From the NCBI GenBank assembly GCA_902776435.1, contig CACYQB010000005.1, positions 35,234 to 99,233 on the forward strand: a stretch of DNA of 64,000 nt, written 5' to 3'. Every line of letters starts with the position of its first letter. The first letter of the stretch is position 1. The DNA is from an uncultured Bacteroidales bacterium. Its GTDB lineage: Bacteria > Bacteroidota > Bacteroidia > Bacteroidales > Muribaculaceae. Of this stretch, positions 9,698-17,981 are shown piece after piece. The translations under genes were made by a program, and so were the position numbers. The notes beneath the pieces were generated by a model. The model made no database searches. It was given only the letters and a program-made list of their open reading frames with translations, and was not told the DNA's origin.

Positions 9698-9751
9698 AGA
9701 TTCTGACTCTAACTCTACCCACAAATTAATTATTTTCAACAAAAAAACAAA

Positions 9752-9828
9752 ACTAGAAACTAGGGACTAAGGACTAAAAACTAAGGACTAAAAACTAAGG
9801 ACTAGTGACTAGAAACTAAAAACTCAAT
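9752..9828 (+). repeat. 7-mer tandem array (ACTANNN) x10-11 abutting the pruA start codon
   Basis: actagaa actaggg actaagg actaaaa actaagg actaaaa actaagg actagtg actagaa actaaaa actcaat, then aaa ATG. Confidence 0.9.
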
Positions 9829-9831
9829 AAA

Positions 9832-11457
9832 ATGAATAACGCTGTTATCAATTTTCCCCTTCCCGCCAATGAACCGGTGAAGGCCTATATGCCCGGATCA
9901 CCCGAGCGCGTTGCTCTCGAGGCTGAACTCGAGCGCCAGAGCAAACTCGTAGTTGATATCCCCATCATCATCGGTGGCAAGGAAATCCGCACCGGTGACA
10001 CCGGTACCGTAACCTGCCCCCACGATCACAAGCACGTGCTTGCTACCTACCACAAGGTGGGCAAGAAAGAGATCAAGATGGCTATTGATGCCGCTATGAA
10101 GGCATGGAAAGAGTGGAGCCGCACACCGTGGACCACCCGCGCCGCTATCGTCATGAAGATGGCCGAACTGCTCGCCACCAAGTACCGTCCCATCATGAAT
10201 GCTGCCACGATGCTGGGCCAGAGCAAGAACTTCTATCAGGCCGAAATCGACTCGGCTTGCGAGACCATCGACTTCTTCCGCTACAATGTGCACTATGCCA
10301 GCAAGATTTACGGCATGCAGCCCAAGGATGGCGTTGGCCAGCTGAACCACACCGAGTATCGTCCCCTGGAGGGCTTTATCCTGGCTGTCACCCCGTTCAA
10401 CTTCACCTCGATTGCCAGCAACCTGTGCATGACTCCCGTGCTGATGGGTAACGTGGCCTTGTGGAAACCCTCGACCACTGCCCTGCTGAGCAACTACTAC
10501 CTCATGCAGCTCTACAAGGAAGCCGGTCTGCCCGACGGCGTTATCAACTTCCTGCCCGGTAGCGGTGCCCTCATCGGCGAGGTAGCCACCGACAGCAAGT
10601 ACTTCAGCGGCATCCACTTCACTGGTAGCACCGCCACCTTCAAGAGTCTGTGGAAGCAGGCCAGCCTGAACGTGGACAAGTACATCTCTTATCCTCGTCT
10701 CGTGGGTGAGACCGGCGGTAAGGACTTCATCTTTGTTCATCCCAGCGCAGACAAGAAGGCCGTGGCTACGGCAGCCTTCTGCGGTGCATTTGAGTTCCAG
10801 GGCCAGAAGTGCTCGGCTGCTTCACGCATGTACATCCCCAAGAGCCTGTGGCCCGATGTATTGAAGGACATCAAGGCCATGTGCAAGGAAGTGAAGATGG
10901 GCGATGTCATGGATCCCATGAACTTCATCAACGCTGTGATCGACGAGGCTTCGTTTGACAAGTGCAAGAGCTACATCGACTACGCCAAGAAGGCTGACGA
11001 TGCCAAGATCGTTATCGGTGGCAAGTGCGACAAGAAGAAAGGCTGGTTCGTAGAGCCCACCGTTATCGAGACCACCAATCCTCGCTTCAAGTCGATGGAA
11101 GAGGAAATCTTCGGCCCCGTGCTGACGGTTTACCCCTACGATGACGACAAGGTGAACGAGACCGTGAAGTTGTGTGACGAGACCTCGCCTTATGGCCTGA
11201 CCGGTGCTGTTTGGGGCCGCGACCGCCTCGAGGTGGAGAAGCTGACCGACAAGCTGTGCTATGCGGCAGGTAACTTCTACATCAACGACAAGCCGACTGG
11301 TGCTGTAGTAGGTATGCAGCCCTTCGGTGGTGCCCGTGCCAGTGGTACCAATGACAAGGCTGGTGGTGAGTTCAACCTGATCCGCTGGATTATCCCGCGC
11401 GTAATCAAGGAAACCCTCGTGCCTCCCACCGACTACCGTTACACTTATCTGAAATAA
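9832..11457 (+). CDS. pruA: 1-pyrroline-5-carboxylate dehydrogenase
   Basis: ANEPVKAYMPGSPER, TPFNFTSI, IHFTGST, GETGGKDF, FEFQGQKCSAASR, EEIFGP, QPFGGARASGTNDKAG. Confidence 0.95.
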   Translation: MNNAVINFPLPANEPVKAYMPGSPERVALEAELERQSKLVVDIPIIIGGKEIRTGDTGTVTCPHDHKHVLATYHKVGKKEIKMAIDAAMKAWKEWSRTPWTTRAAIVMKMAELLATKYRPIMNAATMLGQSKNFYQAEIDSACETIDFFRYNVHYASKIYGMQPKDGVGQLNHTEYRPLEGFILAVTPFNFTSIASNLCMTPVLMGNVALWKPSTTALLSNYYLMQLYKEAGLPDGVINFLPGSGALIGEVATDSKYFSGIHFTGSTATFKSLWKQASLNVDKYISYPRLVGETGGKDFIFVHPSADKKAVATAAFCGAFEFQGQKCSAASRMYIPKSLWPDVLKDIKAMCKEVKMGDVMDPMNFINAVIDEASFDKCKSYIDYAKKADDAKIVIGGKCDKKKGWFVEPTVIETTNPRFKSMEEEIFGPVLTVYPYDDDKVNETVKLCDETSPYGLTGAVWGRDRLEVEKLTDKLCYAAGNFYINDKPTGAVVGMQPFGGARASGTNDKAGGEFNLIRWIIPRVIKETLVPPTDYRYTYLK

Positions 11458-11489
11458 GCCGATAGCTACTAACTTTTAGCAATATTAAC

Positions 11490-11525
11490 AACGAGGGTGC
11501 GTCAAGTGATTTGGCCACCCTCGTT
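11490..11525 (+). terminator. Hairpin / probable terminator after pruA
   Basis: aacgagggtg...caccctcgtt stem, short T run. Confidence 0.55.
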
Positions 11526-11553
11526 TAGAATAAAACCCGACAAATCAAGCGTT

Positions 11554-12375
11554 ATGAATGCAATAACCAAAATTTCAGTATCACTTGTCCTGGTTTTTCT
11601 TTGCATCCAGGTGAATGCGCAAGGCTACCAGCAGGTCAACGATATCTCCTATACCAGCAAGACCGACGCCTACTCGCTGGAGCGGCTGAAACTTGACGTC
11701 TACCATCCCGAGGGGGTGACGGGCCGTCCTGCCGTCATTTGGTTCCATGGTGGAGGACTGGAAGGCGGCAACAAGGAAATTCCAGCTCAACTCAGGGAGA
11801 AGGACATGGTGGTTGTCGGGGTAAACTACAGGCTGTTGCCACGTGTAACCGTCAAGGAAATCCTCGACGATGCCGCCGAGGCGGTGGCATGGGTATTCAA
11901 GCACATTGCTGAGTATGGCGGAGACGCCCGCAAGATTGTTGTGTCAGGGCACTCTGCAGGCGGCTACATCTCCATGATGCTCTGTCTGGACAAACATTGG
12001 CTGGCAGCCCATGGCATTGATGCTGATAACGTGATGATGTATGTCCCGTTCAGCGGGCAGGCCATCACCCATTACAACGTGCGCAAGATGCAGGGCATAC
12101 TGCCCTTGCAGGCCACCATCGACGAGTATGCACCACTCTACTGGGTGCGCGGCGATTGCCCGCCTCTGGTGCTGATTTGCGGCGACAGGGAACTGGAACT
12201 CTACGGCCGCTATGACGAGAACCAGTACCTTGCGCGCATGATAAAACTCGCTGGGCACCAGCAGACCTACCTCTACGAGATTGACGGTCACGGTCACGGC
12301 GGCATGGTCGCCCCCGGCTTCCACATTCTCGAGACCCACTTGAAACAGATGCTCGGCATTGCTGTTAACCCTTAA
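11554..12375 (+). CDS. Secreted alpha/beta hydrolase (HSL-type esterase)
   Basis: Signal peptide, WFHGGGL oxyanion motif, GHSAGG nucleophile, GHGHG; start moved to MNAIT. Confidence 0.85.
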   Translation: MNAITKISVSLVLVFLCIQVNAQGYQQVNDISYTSKTDAYSLERLKLDVYHPEGVTGRPAVIWFHGGGLEGGNKEIPAQLREKDMVVVGVNYRLLPRVTVKEILDDAAEAVAWVFKHIAEYGGDARKIVVSGHSAGGYISMMLCLDKHWLAAHGIDADNVMMYVPFSGQAITHYNVRKMQGILPLQATIDEYAPLYWVRGDCPPLVLICGDRELELYGRYDENQYLARMIKLAGHQQTYLYEIDGHGHGGMVAPGFHILETHLKQMLGIAVNP

Positions 12376-12497
12376 CCCTGTTTTGTTTTCTCAATTCCGA
12401 GCAAAGCCGTTAGCTGGTTTATTGGATATACTCACAGTATTGTAATTATTTCTTATTGATTGGGTTTAAAAAGCGGTTCTCTATCAACTATTTTCAT

Positions 12498-12505
12498 TAA
12501 CTTTG
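12498..12505 (+). promoter_or_regulatory. Bacteroidetes -7 promoter element (TAACTTTG) for rlmN
   Basis: TAnnTTTG about 30 nt upstream of ATG 12538. Confidence 0.6.
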
Positions 12506-12537
12506 CAGATTGAACAAACATTTAATCTTCTAGAGAC

Positions 12538-13587
12538 ATGAGCAACGACACTATCTTGCAGCCGATGGCCGGCATGACACTCGAGGAAATGCAGGATGCG
12601 GTAACCGCATTGGGTATGCCACGGTTTGTGGCCAAACAGTTAGCGCAGTGGATTTACCAGAAGCGCGTGAACGACTTTGAGCAGATGTTGAACATCTCCA
12701 AGGCCAACCGCGAATTGCTGGCGAGCCGCTACTGCGTGGGCCTGTACCCGCCCAGTCAGGCAGCAGCCAGTGCCGACGGCACGGTCAAGTACCTGTTCAA
12801 CGTTGGCGGCAAGCATGCTGTCGAATCAGTCTATATCCCCGAAGATGACCGCGCCACGCTGTGTATCTCGTCCCAGAAGGGGTGCAGGATGAACTGCTAC
12901 TTCTGCATGACGGGCAAGCAGGGCTTCCACGGTAATCTGACGTCCAACCAAATCATCAATCAGGTACTGAGCATCCCAGAGAGCGAGACGCTGACCAATG
13001 TCGTGTTCATGGGCATGGGTGAGCCCCTCGACAACCTTGATGAGGTGCTGCGCGTGATTTCCATCCTCACCGAGCCATGGGGCTTGGGCTGGAGTCCCAA
13101 GCGCGTGACAGTTTCGACCGTGGGCAAGAAGCCCGAGTTGAAGATCCTGTGCGAACAAACCAGTGTCCACATTGCTGTGAGCGTCCACAACGCTGTACAG
13201 GAAGAGCGCTCGTCGATGATGCCCATCGAGCGCCTCTACCCCATCGCCGACGTCATGGACATGCTGGGCAACTATGACTTTGCCCACCAGCGCCGCTTGT
13301 CGGTAGAATACATCTGCTGGCAGTGGTTTAACGATGACATCCAGCATGCCGAAAAACTGCGCGAACTGTTGCCTAACGAGCACGTACGCGTCAACCTTAT
13401 CCGCTTCCACCCCATTCCTGGCATCGAGAAGCTGCGCACGAGCAGTGATGAGCGCATGACCTACTTCCGCGACTACTTGAACAGCAAGGGCGTGACTTGT
13501 ACCATCCGCCGCAGCCGTGGCGAGGACATTGCTGCAGCCTGCGGACAACTTGCTGGCCAAGTAAAGAATGCGAAGGGGAAAAAATGA
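12538..13587 (+). CDS. rlmN: Dual-specificity 23S rRNA/tRNA m2A methyltransferase RlmN
   Basis: CISSQKGCRMNCYFC radical SAM motif, VFMGMGEPLDN, RGEDIAAACGQL. Confidence 0.93.
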   Translation: MSNDTILQPMAGMTLEEMQDAVTALGMPRFVAKQLAQWIYQKRVNDFEQMLNISKANRELLASRYCVGLYPPSQAAASADGTVKYLFNVGGKHAVESVYIPEDDRATLCISSQKGCRMNCYFCMTGKQGFHGNLTSNQIINQVLSIPESETLTNVVFMGMGEPLDNLDEVLRVISILTEPWGLGWSPKRVTVSTVGKKPELKILCEQTSVHIAVSVHNAVQEERSSMMPIERLYPIADVMDMLGNYDFAHQRRLSVEYICWQWFNDDIQHAEKLRELLPNEHVRVNLIRFHPIPGIEKLRTSSDERMTYFRDYLNSKGVTCTIRRSRGEDIAAACGQLAGQVKNAKGKK

Positions 13588-13588
13588 T

Positions 13589-13646
13589 TTTAGGCTTTAG
13601 GTTTTAGGCTTTAGGTAATAAAAAACGAGATTTTTAGGTTTTAGGT
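13589..13646 (+). repeat. 7-mer tandem repeat (TTTAGGY)x4, then x2
   Basis: tttaggc tttaggt tttaggc tttaggt at 13589-13616; tttaggt x2 at 13633-13646. Confidence 0.85.
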
Positions 13647-13691
13647 CTGACTACCGTAAACGGACAACTGATAACTGTCAATAAGAAAACT

Positions 13692-15509
13692 ATGAAAAAG
13701 ATGATCCGATTCTCCACGATGCTGGCAGTGGCAATTATTGCCGTGCAGTCCGCGCTTGCAGCAGAGCCAGTCAATTACTATAACAATGCCTTGGGCAAGA
13801 GTGACGAGGCCCTGATGTCCGCATTGAGGAGCATCATTCGCTCACACAAGGAGGTATCTTACAGCAGTGGCCTGCTTAATGCATTTGCCATTGCCGATGT
13901 TGACAATCAAGGCTATATCATCGACATCTATAGCAACTGCCGCTATAGGCCGAGCGACAACGGTTCGTCGGCCTCCCACGTGGGCGAGGGCTATAACCGT
14001 GAGCACAGTTTTCCCCGCAGTTGGTTCGGCGGAGAGGTGTCTCCGATGAACACCGACGTGTTCCACATCTACCCCACCGACATCCGCGTGAACAGTCAAC
14101 GAGGTAACAACCCCTACGGCGTGTGCGCTAACGGCACGCGCTTGTCCTATGGCAGCTATGTCGCCAAGGGCAAATTGGGCAACAGCACCTATCCTGGCTA
14201 CTCAGGTGTTGTGTTTGAGCCCGACGACGAGTATAAGGGAGACCTTGCACGCACCTATTTCTACATGGCGACCTGCTACAAGAACGAACTTCCCTCATGG
14301 CCCGGCAGTGCTCAACTCGACTATGCCAGGAACAAGTATAAAGCCTTCTCGACCTGGACCATCAACATGCTGATGGAATGGACCCGCCTGGATCCCGTCA
14401 GCGAGAAGGAAATCAAGCGCAACGAGGCCGTCTATGGCATTCAGGGCAACCGCAACCCCTTTATCGACCATCCCGAGTTGGCCGAATTCATCTGGGGCAA
14501 CATGCAGGGCAAGCCCTGGAATGGCAGTGGAGAAGTGATTCCCGCATCCATTACCTCTCCCGCCAACGGTTCCGTCTTTGACATGGGCGTGACCGTTGAG
14601 GGCACTGAAATGCATCAGACCATTATCGTCAAGGGCGAAGGCCTGAGCAGAGGCCTGACGCTGTCGATGAGCGATAACGAAAACTTCTACGTGAGCGCCA
14701 ACACCTTCAGCGCTATGGAAGTCAATACAGGCACCAGTTTCGACATCAGCTTTACCGCCGACAACGAGGGCACCTATGAGAACACAGTGACCTTGAGCAG
14801 CAGCGAGGTGACCACCACATTCACCGTCATCGCCACCGCTCAACAGGGCGGTACGCCGCCACCTCCTGTCGTGCTGGGCGACAGCATCGTGGAGGATTGG
14901 GAAGGCTGCACGACCGGCGGTTACTGGACTGACGTCATCGAGGGTAACGCTTGGCTGTGGGAATTTGAAAATGCCGGCATCTGGAATGACAACATGAGTC
15001 ATGGAGAACTGTCTTGCCGCTTGGGTAAGAGCAATAACAGCGCCATTACCATGGCCGAGGATGTGCACGGCGGCACAAGTGCCATTGCCTTCTGGGCTGC
15101 CAGCTTCGGCAACGACAGTGACGCCACATTGCGCGTAGACTTCAGCATCGACAAGGGTTCAACGTGGTTCGAATTGGGCAGTTTCACTGTCACCAGAGGC
15201 ATCTTGCAACAGATCATCATGGATGTACCCCTGAAGGATACTGCCCGTTTCCGCATCGTGCAGACATCTGGTTCACGTGTCAATATCGATGACATCACTA
15301 TCTATGGCCCCACTGATCCGTCACCCATTCTGCCTGGTGATGTAAATGGTGATGGCGAGGTGAATATCGCCGATGTCAATATCGTCATCGACCTGATTCT
15401 GGGCGGCACAGCCGATGAGGGTATCCTCAAGCGAGCAGACGTAAACGGTGATGGAGAAATCGGCATTGCCGACTCCAATTTCATCATCGACATCATCCTC
15501 GGATTATAA
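13692..15509 (+). CDS. Secreted endonuclease I family nuclease with Ig-like and jelly-roll-like domains and a C-terminal dockerin
   Basis: Signal peptide; YNREHSFPRSWFGG, DVFHIYPTD, KGDLARTYFYM, GNRNPFIDHPE; ends GDVNGDGEVNIAD...ADVNGDGEIGIAD. Confidence 0.88.
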   Translation: MKKMIRFSTMLAVAIIAVQSALAAEPVNYYNNALGKSDEALMSALRSIIRSHKEVSYSSGLLNAFAIADVDNQGYIIDIYSNCRYRPSDNGSSASHVGEGYNREHSFPRSWFGGEVSPMNTDVFHIYPTDIRVNSQRGNNPYGVCANGTRLSYGSYVAKGKLGNSTYPGYSGVVFEPDDEYKGDLARTYFYMATCYKNELPSWPGSAQLDYARNKYKAFSTWTINMLMEWTRLDPVSEKEIKRNEAVYGIQGNRNPFIDHPELAEFIWGNMQGKPWNGSGEVIPASITSPANGSVFDMGVTVEGTEMHQTIIVKGEGLSRGLTLSMSDNENFYVSANTFSAMEVNTGTSFDISFTADNEGTYENTVTLSSSEVTTTFTVIATAQQGGTPPPPVVLGDSIVEDWEGCTTGGYWTDVIEGNAWLWEFENAGIWNDNMSHGELSCRLGKSNNSAITMAEDVHGGTSAIAFWAASFGNDSDATLRVDFSIDKGSTWFELGSFTVTRGILQQIIMDVPLKDTARFRIVQTSGSRVNIDDITIYGPTDPSPILPGDVNGDGEVNIADVNIVIDLILGGTADEGILKRADVNGDGEIGIADSNFIIDIILGL

Positions 15510-15553
15510 CAGATCATTTAATCTTTCATAACACATTAACACGACAACCATTC

Positions 15554-17884
15554 ATGAGAAGAATCGCATTAACCCTCGCCGTGACGGCGTTGGCGCTGGC
15601 TGTGTATGCCAAAGACCCAAAGCCGTGTCCCAGCGACTACTATTCTAACGCGCTGAACCTGAGCGGAGAATCCCTGCTCACGGCATTGCACAACATCATC
15701 ACGAGCCACACCAACATCGGCTATGACGGCCTGTGGGCCGCCTATGCCGACACTGACACCGATTCCCAGGGTTACTACATCGACATGTACAGCAACTACG
15801 ACAAGTACACCTATAGTAACAAGTGTGGCAATTACAGTCAAATCGGTGACTGCATTAACCGCGAACACAGTGTACCCAAGAGTTGGTGGGGCGGAAGCCA
15901 GCAACCTCAATACAGCGACATTTTCAATATCGTACCCACCGACGGATACGTCAACAACCAGCGTTCCAACAACCCTTACGGTGTCTGTGAGGGAGGCGTT
16001 CGCCTGACTAACGGCCAGTATGTCGCCAAGGGGCGCAAGGGAGCCAGTACTCATGCTGGATATTCAGGCACCGTGTTTGAGCCTGACGACGAGTACAAAG
16101 GCGATTTCGCCCGTGCCTATTTCTACATGGCAACCTGCTACAACAACGTCATCAGCAACTGGACGCAGTCGGGAGGCAATGTCTTCTTTGCGGGCAACAG
16201 CTATCCCGTATTCACGACCTATGCCATCAACTTGCTGCTGGAATGGCACCGTCTGGACCCGGTGAGTGAAAAAGAGACCACCCGCAACTGCTATGCCCAC
16301 GCTTGGCAAGGGAACCGTAACCCCTATATCGACCACCCCGAGCTGGCCGAGTACATCTGGGGAGATATGCAAGGACAGGTATGGACAGGAGACGGTTCCG
16401 TAGTCACTTGGCCCATGTTGACACAGCCTTCCGCTGGGACTACCATCAATGTGGGCACCATAGCTTTGGACGGCTCGAGCGCGAGCAGCCAAGTTAACGT
16501 CAAGGGTGTCAATCTGACGGAAGCACTCAGCCTCAGTGTGAGCGGAACAGGATTCAGCGTCTCACCCACTACCCTGACTGCCAGCGACGTCAATAGCGGC
16601 ACGACAGTGACCGTGACCTATAACGGTAGCGACCAGAGTGCTACAGGCACATTGACCTTGATGAGCAGCGAGGTGAACCGCACCGTATCCCTCACTGCCG
16701 GCAAGGAACAGCCGGGCGATGATCCCATCACACCCACGGGAGATTACAGCATTGAGACCTGGGAAGGTTGTGCCTCTGGCGGTTACTGGACCAGCGAGGT
16801 ACAAGGTGCCGCCTTCAAGTGGTATTTCACTGACGCAGGCCTCTGGGCACAGAACAATGACCACTGGAATGGCGATATCGGCTGCCGTTTCGGCAAGAAC
16901 AGCAATTCCTCGATTGCCATGCGACAGGATGTTGCAGGCACATCGGGCCTCTCGTTCTATGCCGCCACCTATGGCACCACCGATGCCGACGCTACCCTAC
17001 AGGTGCTCTATAGTACCGATGGCGGCAGCAACTGGACTATGTTTAAGGAGATTGCCCTCACCCGCGAGTTTGTTAAATACACCTATAGCCTGGATGTCAC
17101 CGACAACGTTCGCTTCAAGTTCCAACAGACTGCCGGCAAACGCCTCAATATCGACGATATCGCCATCTATGCCCCTGTGCAAGAGCAATCAGAGCCCAAG
17201 GTATACTTCGGGGAGACCATTGTGGCCATGCAGGCAGTTCAGGATGGTGAGTCCAGCATCAGCGAAGTTACTGTAATCACCGATGACAATGACGAACCCG
17301 TCATCGTGACTGTGGACGGCAACTTTGAGTTGAGCCTTGATCAGCAATCATGGGGAAACAGTCTGACACTGGATGCTAGCGGTGAGACATTCTACGTCCG
17401 CTTGGCCAGCACCGCAACCGCTGGGGAGTATGAGGGCGTGATCACGGCCACCGCCAGTGAAGTAACAGCTTATGCCGAAATTGAGGGCACTGTCTCCCTT
17501 CCCGAGGTTCGCATCGGCGATGTAAACAGGGACGGCTTCGTTACCATCTCAGACGTGACAACGCTCATCGACTACCTGCTGGGCGGTGATGAGTCCATGA
17601 TTGACCTTCTGGCTGCCGATGTGAATCAAAACGAGAGTGTTACCATCGCCGATGTGACAGCACTCATCGACCTGTTGTTAAGCGGCAATAGCGCTGCCAT
17701 GTGGAATGCATTGCCCACCCAGGGCGGCATCCGCATCAACAACCCCATAGGCGAGACGCTTGAAGTCTATAACCTCGATGCCGATGTAGTGGCAAGGGTA
17801 CAAACCTCAGCCTCACTTTCGCTGCCTGCGGGCATCTACATGGTCACCAGCGACACCCGCTCCCGCAAAGTCATCGTCAGATAA
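15554..17884 (+). CDS. Paralogous secreted endonuclease I nuclease with Ig-like domains, dockerin and T9SS-type C-terminal domain
   Basis: INREHSVPKSWWGG, DIFNIVPTD, KGDFARAYFYM, GNRNPYIDHPE; dockerin 17516-17690; tail LEVYNLDA...LPAGIYMV...RKVIVR. Confidence 0.88.
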   Translation: MRRIALTLAVTALALAVYAKDPKPCPSDYYSNALNLSGESLLTALHNIITSHTNIGYDGLWAAYADTDTDSQGYYIDMYSNYDKYTYSNKCGNYSQIGDCINREHSVPKSWWGGSQQPQYSDIFNIVPTDGYVNNQRSNNPYGVCEGGVRLTNGQYVAKGRKGASTHAGYSGTVFEPDDEYKGDFARAYFYMATCYNNVISNWTQSGGNVFFAGNSYPVFTTYAINLLLEWHRLDPVSEKETTRNCYAHAWQGNRNPYIDHPELAEYIWGDMQGQVWTGDGSVVTWPMLTQPSAGTTINVGTIALDGSSASSQVNVKGVNLTEALSLSVSGTGFSVSPTTLTASDVNSGTTVTVTYNGSDQSATGTLTLMSSEVNRTVSLTAGKEQPGDDPITPTGDYSIETWEGCASGGYWTSEVQGAAFKWYFTDAGLWAQNNDHWNGDIGCRFGKNSNSSIAMRQDVAGTSGLSFYAATYGTTDADATLQVLYSTDGGSNWTMFKEIALTREFVKYTYSLDVTDNVRFKFQQTAGKRLNIDDIAIYAPVQEQSEPKVYFGETIVAMQAVQDGESSISEVTVITDDNDEPVIVTVDGNFELSLDQQSWGNSLTLDASGETFYVRLASTATAGEYEGVITATASEVTAYAEIEGTVSLPEVRIGDVNRDGFVTISDVTTLIDYLLGGDESMIDLLAADVNQNESVTIADVTALIDLLLSGNSAAMWNALPTQGGIRINNPIGETLEVYNLDADVVARVQTSASLSLPAGIYMVTSDTRSRKVIVR

Positions 17885-17906
17885 AGACCACAATCAGCAC
17901 TTATAG

Positions 17907-17944
17907 CAAGCAGGACTGATGCCATGTCGCATCAGTCCTGCTTG
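17907..17944. terminator. Bidirectional terminator-like hairpin between convergent genes
   Basis: caagcaggactgatgc / gcatcagtcctgcttg perfect 16-bp stem. Confidence 0.75.
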
Positions 17945-17981
17945 ATTCATTCTATGGTCATTTTGAAATGCTCGTCACAAA

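Noticed and set aside
9752-9828. Possible CRISPR array
   Set aside because: Units are 7 bp with no unique spacers, and no cas genes are in the window.
8352-10740. 303-aa and 280-aa minus-strand ORFs
   Set aside because: Antisense shadows of the highly biased rocD and pruA genes.
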